NCBI GenBank assembly: GCA_947469885.1
Contig: CANIQT010000014.1
Location: 44,305 to 108,304, forward strand
Length of the DNA: 64,000 nt
Reading direction: 5' to 3'
Source: Bacteroidota bacterium
GTDB lineage: Bacteria; Bacteroidota; Bacteroidia; 2-12-FULL-35-15
Shown in pieces: positions 58,196-64,000 of the stretch. The translations under genes and the position numbers were made by a program. The notes below the pieces were generated by a model, which saw only the letters and a program-made list of their open reading frames with translations, did no database searches and was not told the origin of the DNA. How positions within the stretch are numbered: position 1 is the stretch's first letter; every line of letters begins with the position of its first letter.

Positions 58196-60160
58196 TTACT
58201 TAACAGTGGAAAGCACTGCTTTGTCGATGTTCACAGGATATTTTGTTTTCAACGAACCTATCCAATCTTTTTCCAAAAAGTTTTGATAATCGGCAGTTAC
58301 CATTCCTTTTGCTTCGGTGTACGATTTTGGTTCAGGTTTCATTAATTTATTAGTCACCACAATCATCAATTTTTTATCTTTCTCTGATTTAATATCTACT
58401 GAAGTTCCCGGATTCCAGTTTTTATCTACAAACTCGTTTTCGCCTTTGTTAAATATTTTAGAATCTACATTTAAATTTAGTTGAGAATCTTTATTTATTT
58501 CATCCAATATTTCTTTATCTGTTTTTTTCTTTTTCAACAATCCACGCACTTTAGCTGACACTTTTTCATCTCCGCAAGTATAAATTGTTGCATCAGCCCG
58601 CTCTTCCCACATGTATTTGGTTTTGTTTTTTTCGTAATACTCTTTAGAGCCAGTAGTATCTTTCACTGCTTTGCTCCATACTTTAGAATCGGTAAGTTCA
58701 AACAACAAAATACCATCTCTGTATTCTTGCATCAACGATTTGAATTCAGGATATTTTCCATCCAAACGGTTTTCTTCGTAAGCCACAGCACTCTCATCCA
58801 CAAACTGTTTGTAAAATTGATTCACCACCATGTTGGCATCTGACTTGGGGCGTTTGCTTTGATGAGTAGAGATGTAGTTCGCAAAATCAGTTTGAGTGTA
58901 AATCTTTTCGTTAAAGTTAAACATTGGTTTGTTCAATGCTTTTGCTTTTGCAGCATCCCATTTACCTTCGAACAAAGAAGTATCCATCACTTTATAAAAC
59001 TCATCTCTCAATTTAAGGTTGTCTTTAAATTTATATTCTGTTTTTACTTTTGCGATCAGCGATTCTCTACCTACTTGTGCACGAGAGTCTTTGGTCACCT
59101 TAGCTTTTAATTCAGCTTTCATATCGTCAAACGCAGCCAATCCACGTTTGTCAATCAATTTAATAACATGCCATCCATATTTTGTTCTTAAAATTTCGGA
59201 GTAATCCCCTTTGTTTTTTAACGCAAATGCAGCTTTTTCGAATTCGGCTGGCATTTTGTTGGTACCAAACCAAGGCAACTCTCCGCCTTTTTTTGCCGAT
59301 TGTTTATCGTCCGAAAACTGCTGTGCTAACTCGTCAAACTTACCACCTGCTTTTAGTTTGTTATAGATTTCGGTTACTTTTGCGTAAGCGTTCAACGAAT
59401 CTTCGTTATTCATATTCGGTGGTGTCTTAATCATAATGTGAGCACACAACAATTCGCCTTGTGCTGGTCTACGGTCGGTTACTTTGATAATGTGGTATCC
59501 ATAACGAGTGCGAACTGGTTGAGATATTTCACCAACTTTGGTGGTGTAAGCCACCGTTTCAAAGGTGTAAATCATTTGCATGGCGGTAAAAAATCCTAAA
59601 TCTCCACCATTGTCTTTTGCCGATGGGTCGTCCGAAATGCCTTTCTCGCTTGCCACTTTATTAAAATCTTCTCCCTTCATCACTCTCGCTCTAATTTTCA
59701 TAATCTTGTTGTATGCTTCCAAAGTATCTTTAGGCAATGCGCTTTCAGCTACTTTTACCAAAATGTGCGAAGCACGAACATCTTCTTTCATTCGGTTATA
59801 GGTTTCGTGAAGCAATTTGTCGTTCACATCTTTGTCGGTTAAATACGGTTGCGATAGTTGTTTGCGATAGCCAGCCAATTCATCACGAAACGCTTTTGCC
59901 GTGTCCATTCCAAGGCTTTCGGCTTCTTTCACTTTCAGTTTAAAGTTGACAAACAACTCTATATAATCGCTCAACGATTTGGCATCGTTTGCCCCATCTT
60001 TGGCATTGTTTTTATGATACACACTTTCAAATTCTCCCACTGTTACCTTGCTTCCGCCAATGGTCATAAGCACAGCATCTTTGTTTTGAGAGATAGCAAC
60101 TGCAGTCATCAGCATGGCTGCCGAAAGAAAAAGCACATTTTTTATTTTTACCTTATTCAT
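58196..60160 (-). CDS. Peptidyl-prolyl cis-trans isomerase, PpiC/parvulin type, two parvulin domains
   Basis: About 654 aa from MNKVKIKNVLFLSAAML (signal peptide; the ORF extends to 60244 but the internal Met is the plausible start). Parvulin motifs RASHILVK...GGDLGFF...GYHIIKV occur twice. Confidence 0.8.
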   Translation of the reverse strand: MNKVKIKNVLFLSAAMLMTAVAISQNKDAVLMTIGGSKVTVGEFESVYHKNNAKDGANDAKSLSDYIELFVNFKLKVKEAESLGMDTAKAFRDELAGYRKQLSQPYLTDKDVNDKLLHETYNRMKEDVRASHILVKVAESALPKDTLEAYNKIMKIRARVMKGEDFNKVASEKGISDDPSAKDNGGDLGFFTAMQMIYTFETVAYTTKVGEISQPVRTRYGYHIIKVTDRRPAQGELLCAHIMIKTPPNMNNEDSLNAYAKVTEIYNKLKAGGKFDELAQQFSDDKQSAKKGGELPWFGTNKMPAEFEKAAFALKNKGDYSEILRTKYGWHVIKLIDKRGLAAFDDMKAELKAKVTKDSRAQVGRESLIAKVKTEYKFKDNLKLRDEFYKVMDTSLFEGKWDAAKAKALNKPMFNFNEKIYTQTDFANYISTHQSKRPKSDANMVVNQFYKQFVDESAVAYEENRLDGKYPEFKSLMQEYRDGILLFELTDSKVWSKAVKDTTGSKEYYEKNKTKYMWEERADATIYTCGDEKVSAKVRGLLKKKKTDKEILDEINKDSQLNLNVDSKIFNKGENEFVDKNWNPGTSVDIKSEKDKKLMIVVTNKLMKPEPKSYTEAKGMVTADYQNFLEKDWIGSLKTKYPVNIDKAVLSTVK

Positions 60161-60544
60161 ATTTATTTTTTTAAATTTTGGAAGGCAAATGTACTTATTA
60201 TTATCAACCGTCAAAATAAAACTTGGGGGGTGCGCGATGAGCAAGGCTGTTAAAATTTGTTAAGGGTTTAGTAGGTAATTAGTCTTTAGGCATTGGTTTA
60301 TTGGTGGTCATTTGTAATTAATTCAAGTTGCTGGTTAATTTAATGTCAAATATGGCTTTTATTTCACATTGGAATACCTGTTTGAAAACAAAAACAATAA
60401 ACGGTTTGAATTAAATTTTAGAAAATGCCGAATACAAACTTTATATTTGCCATCTCCAACAAAAAGAGGAAAGAAAAGTAAATGTAACTTTATGAGCTTG
60501 TTGATTAAATTGCCAACCAGGACAAAACAATAAAAAAAAACAAA

Positions 60545-61075
60545 ATGAATATCTTCATCACCATTTTAATTTTAGTAGCCGGCATTGTTGCCTTGCTCTT
60601 AATCATTGGACTTTTTATGAAGAAGGAACATTATGCCAAACGTTCAATTATCATAAATGCACCTGTACAAAAAGTATTTGACTATGTAAAACTGCTCAAA
60701 AACCAAGACGAGTTTAACGAAGGTGCGATGGAAGACCCCAACAGGAAAAGAGAATTTAAAGGAACAGACGGAACAGTTGGATTTATTTATGCCTGGAGCG
60801 GAAATAAAGATGCCGGTGAAGGAGAAAAGGAAATTATGAACATTGAAGAAGGCAAAAGAATTGAAATGGAAATTCGATTTGTAAAACCAATGAGAGCAGT
60901 TGCCACTATCATTATGGATACCGAATCACTGTCAGGCACTCAAACCAAAGTATTGTGGAGCAATGCTGGTATTTTAAAATACCCTATAAACATTTTGATA
61001 CCAATGGTAGAGAAAAGTGTTGCCAAAGGTATGGATAGAAGTTTGCTAACATTAAAAAACATTCTCGAAAAATAA
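60545..61075 (+). CDS. Membrane-anchored SRPBCC (polyketide cyclase/START-like) family protein
   Basis: 176 aa. N-terminal TM, then an SRPBCC-like IINAPVQKVFDYV start. Confidence 0.45.
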   Translation: MNIFITILILVAGIVALLLIIGLFMKKEHYAKRSIIINAPVQKVFDYVKLLKNQDEFNEGAMEDPNRKREFKGTDGTVGFIYAWSGNKDAGEGEKEIMNIEEGKRIEMEIRFVKPMRAVATIIMDTESLSGTQTKVLWSNAGILKYPINILIPMVEKSVAKGMDRSLLTLKNILEK

Positions 61076-61100
61076 TCACAACAATAAAAATTCGCACAAA

Positions 61101-61628
61101 ATGAAAAAAACAACATTAATAGTATTAGCAATTCTCACATCCTTCTATTTTGGGTTTGCATTCAAAACAGTGATAACAAAACAAACTAAAGACCAAACAA
61201 AAATGAAAAGAGTGACAGGTATTGGTGGCATCTTTTTTAAATGCAAAGACACAAAAAAAATGAGAGAGTGGTATCAAACACACCTTGGATTAAATACAAA
61301 CCAGTACGGAGCCGTTTTTGAATGGCATCAAGGTGCCGATAGTACAAAAAAAGGTTTTTCGCAATGGAGTGTGTTTAATGAAAAAACAAAATATTTTGAA
61401 CCATCCACCAAAGACTTTATGATAAACTACCGTGTTGAAAATTTGGTAGCACTGGTTGGAGAGTTAAAAAAAGAAGGTGTTACCATTGCCGATACCATTG
61501 AAACGGCTGATTACGGAAAGTTTGTTCACATTATGGATATGGAAGGAAACAAAGTAGAATTGTGGGAACCAAACGACAATGAATACGAAAAATTAGGTAA
61601 ACAAATGGGGAGCAAAACAACAAAATAG
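61101..61628 (+). CDS. VOC (glyoxalase/bleomycin resistance) family protein
   Basis: 175 aa. VTGIGGIFFKCKD beta-alpha-beta start. Paralogous to the next gene. Confidence 0.7.
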   Translation: MKKTTLIVLAILTSFYFGFAFKTVITKQTKDQTKMKRVTGIGGIFFKCKDTKKMREWYQTHLGLNTNQYGAVFEWHQGADSTKKGFSQWSVFNEKTKYFEPSTKDFMINYRVENLVALVGELKKEGVTIADTIETADYGKFVHIMDMEGNKVELWEPNDNEYEKLGKQMGSKTTK

Positions 61629-61662
61629 AAATTATTATCAATGCAATTAAAAAACAAACAAA

Positions 61663-62091
61663 ATGGATGAACAAAAAAACGAATCAACAAGCGTACCTTC
61701 AACTGACGACAAAACTCCTAAGGTAATCGGCATTGGAGGAATTTTCTTTTTTTCTGACAATACAAAAGAAATAAAAGAATGGTATGTAAAAAATTTAGGA
61801 TTTGATGTCAATGAATGGGGTTCAGTGAGTTTCGAACACAGAGACGTTAACAAACCTGAAGAAATAATCCCTCTTCAATGGAATCCATTCAAAAAAGGTA
61901 GCGAATATTTTGCACCTTCCAAAAAAGAATTTATGATTAATTACCGGGTTCAGAATATCGAAGCACTCGTAAATCAATTAAAGGAAAATGGAGTAACCAT
62001 TGTTGATGAAATGGCAACTTACGATTATGGAAAATTTATACATATTATGGATGCAGAAGGAAACAAAATTGAACTTTGGGAGCCAGCCTAA
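61663..62091 (+). CDS. VOC family protein (tandem paralog)
   Basis: 142 aa. VIGIGGIFFFSDN, and a KFIHIMDAEGNKIELWEP tail matching KFVHIMDMEGNKVELWEP in the upstream gene. Confidence 0.7.
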   Translation: MDEQKNESTSVPSTDDKTPKVIGIGGIFFFSDNTKEIKEWYVKNLGFDVNEWGSVSFEHRDVNKPEEIIPLQWNPFKKGSEYFAPSKKEFMINYRVQNIEALVNQLKENGVTIVDEMATYDYGKFIHIMDAEGNKIELWEPA

Positions 62092-62139
62092 ATGAACGTT
62101 ATAGAACTATTTAACTTTTCTAAAATAAAATAGGTATGT

Positions 62140-62778
62140 ATGTTAAAAAATAAAAACCCATTGATGAGTACCGATCGGCTACTGGCTTTTTCGGATGGAG
62201 TGTTTGCAATAGCCATCACCATTTTGGTATTAGAAATAAAACTACCCAAACACGAAGATTTAATTCTTTCACATGGGCTGTACAATTACCTCTGTCATCT
62301 CTGGCCCAGCTATCTTTCATACGGTTTAAGCTTTTTTGCTATTGGTGTTTATTGGAGCAATCATCACTGGGTTTTTACTTTTATAATTAAATCCAACCAT
62401 GTATTAAATATGTTGCACATTTGGTTTTTAATGGCAATATCTTTTTTGCCTTTTACTACCGCCATTCTTGGCGATTTTATTTTGTTTGATGAATACAAAA
62501 GTGCAGCCGTTACTGCCAGTTGCGTTGGATTTTTGCTTCCCGTACCTCCTGTGTTTATAATCTATTTGTATGCTGTGCATAAAAAAAGATTAGTGGCAAA
62601 AAATCTAAATCAAAAATTCATTGACAAACAAAAAATCAAACTGCTTTCAGGAATTGTATTTTCCGCACTCGCGCTTTGTTTTTCGTTCAACTATCCCAAT
62701 GTCTCGTTAATTATTATTTGTGTTAGTTTTGCAACTTTTCTCTTGCCTCCCGATGCACCAGTGTATGACGAGAAATGA
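62140..62778 (+). CDS. DUF1211/TMEM175-like membrane protein (putative K+ channel family)
   Basis: 212 aa. Signature RLLAFSDGVFAIAITILVLE at TM1 and 6 TM helices. Confidence 0.75.
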   Translation: MLKNKNPLMSTDRLLAFSDGVFAIAITILVLEIKLPKHEDLILSHGLYNYLCHLWPSYLSYGLSFFAIGVYWSNHHWVFTFIIKSNHVLNMLHIWFLMAISFLPFTTAILGDFILFDEYKSAAVTASCVGFLLPVPPVFIIYLYAVHKKRLVAKNLNQKFIDKQKIKLLSGIVFSALALCFSFNYPNVSLIIICVSFATFLLPPDAPVYDEK

Positions 62779-63167
62779 TAAATGGAGTCGAATAAAAACG
62801 ATGAACCAATAAACGGGAATAAAAATGATTAAAATAAAAAGGTAAGAATAATATCAATTCATCTTACAACTAAACGATTAAATCTTGTGATTAAAGAATG
62901 AAAGCGGTTAATGATGATATTGAATCTCTTGTTGAAATGACGAAATAATTGTGACACAGGATTGCATCACCTGATTAAACGCTGAAAGGTGATTGTTTTT
63001 TTTATAAATCAGGTTGTAAAAGGAAACAGTTTATCGCAAGAAGATATGTATGTCCCAATAAAAAATGATTAACACATGTTGATTAAAGAAATGCTACACC
63101 GTGCTACTTTTTTTTTATTTTTGTCGTCCATAAAAATTCAAAACCATTTCAGGCGGATAAAACAACT

Positions 63168-63932
63168 ATGTATTTACACAAAGTGCCATTGGTGCGGAAA
63201 AGAGGAAGGGCAAAACAGGTACTTATGTTATTGTTTCTTTTTATAGTTAACTGTGCTTGTGCCGAAACTTTTCAATTCAACCTCACCTTTATCGTTAAAA
63301 ATGATACCACCGATAACAAAGCGGTGTCGCTAAACGATTACCTGGTTTCGTATAAAATAAAAGATAAAAAAATGGAATACTTGGCTCATATAAAAAGAGA
63401 AAAAGGGTTTAGACTTGATCTCGAATCGGGCGAAGAATATACTTTTACATTTACTAAACCTGGCTATACCATGCAGAAGGTGGTGGTGGATACTAAAATT
63501 CCAGACAAAAGAGATAAAGAAAAATTCAGAAAAATGTTGTGCATTCTTAATTTCGAAAAAGCACCAATTGAATTTATTGTTGGCAATTCAAAGCCGGTTG
63601 TCAGAATTTGCTACCGCCCCGACATCAAAGAATTTGACTACGACCCTAATTATACTTTTGCTCCCATAGATGTAGACTTAATTAAAAAAAGAGATAAACT
63701 GTTTAACAAAGCATGGTGGTTGCTGCACGATGGCAATTACAAAGGAGCACTTGCAGCTTTTGCCGATTTGATTCAAAAAAACCCACAAGATCTGGCATCT
63801 ATCTATAATCATGGCAAAGCAGCATTTAAACTTAATGATAAAAAAACAGCTTGTGCCGATTGGAGTAAGGTAAAGTCTATGAACAAAGAATTTGCTGATA
63901 ATTTATTGAAGAGTTATTGTTCTGAAAAATAA
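63168..63932 (+). CDS. Hypothetical protein with C-terminal TPR-like repeat
   Basis: 254-aa ORF. C-terminal WWLLHDGNYKGALAAFADLIQKNPQD...YNHGKAAFKLNDKKTACADW looks like a TPR. Confidence 0.45.
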   Translation: MYLHKVPLVRKRGRAKQVLMLLFLFIVNCACAETFQFNLTFIVKNDTTDNKAVSLNDYLVSYKIKDKKMEYLAHIKREKGFRLDLESGEEYTFTFTKPGYTMQKVVVDTKIPDKRDKEKFRKMLCILNFEKAPIEFIVGNSKPVVRICYRPDIKEFDYDPNYTFAPIDVDLIKKRDKLFNKAWWLLHDGNYKGALAAFADLIQKNPQDLASIYNHGKAAFKLNDKKTACADWSKVKSMNKEFADNLLKSYCSEK

Positions 63933-64000
63933 AACCTGCATCTTTGCATTACTAAATACAAATACAATGAAAAATAAAATTTTACTGCTGTCGGTTATCA

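Noticed and set aside
1-64000. tRNA/rRNA genes, transposases, integrases, phage genes
   Set aside because: No tRNA-like GTTCGAATCC T-loop contexts, no rRNA-like conserved stretches and no recombinase-like ORFs were seen. The window appears to be core chromosome.

Overview
This is a gene-dense, low-GC (about 35%) chromosomal segment. It is almost certainly from a Bacteroidota genome (Flavobacteriia/Sphingobacteriia-like), judging by T9SS cargo proteins with type-A and type-B C-terminal domains, a PorP/SprF gene, TAnnTTTG -7 promoter boxes and a Sec-type clade II nosZ. I found no rRNA, tRNA, CRISPR array, transposase or integrase.

Housekeeping genes include guaB, mutL, two tandem rhomboid proteases, an EEP-family nuclease, ribBA, a GH3/beta-lactamase fusion, SurA-like and parvulin PPIases, and a MoxR ATPase.

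The centre of the window (about 17.2-38 kb) is a low-oxygen / denitrification module. It holds a clade II nitrous oxide reductase operon (cyt c-nosZ-[membrane::NosL fusion]-nosD-nosF-nosY-truncated globin), read divergently from a Crp/Fnr-family regulator gene. Next comes an operon of an NnrS-like membrane protein, norC, norB, a tryptophanase-family lyase and an outer-membrane beta-barrel. It is followed by class II B12-dependent RNR (nrdJ), a 600-aa unknown protein, nadA-nadX (O2-independent quinolinate route) and a membrane fatty-acid desaturase.

Several promoters in and around this module carry the same FNR/DNR-like palindrome, aTGAY-N4-RTCAt, 50-75 bp upstream of start codons. That suggests one regulon.

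Other notable content:
- A compact aryl-polyene/flexirubin-type lipid cluster (thioesterase, two ketosynthases, a chain-length-factor-like KS, ACP, LolA-like protein, NodB deacetylase).
- A lamin-tail + CotH-like type-B T9SS cargo gene paired with its PorP/SprF partner.
- A frameshifted partial duplicate of the NnrS-like gene, whose missing 5' half is occupied by a 15-copy 21-bp tandem repeat.
- Three unrelated intergenic tandem arrays that all share a 42-bp (14-codon) period and hairpin-forming units.
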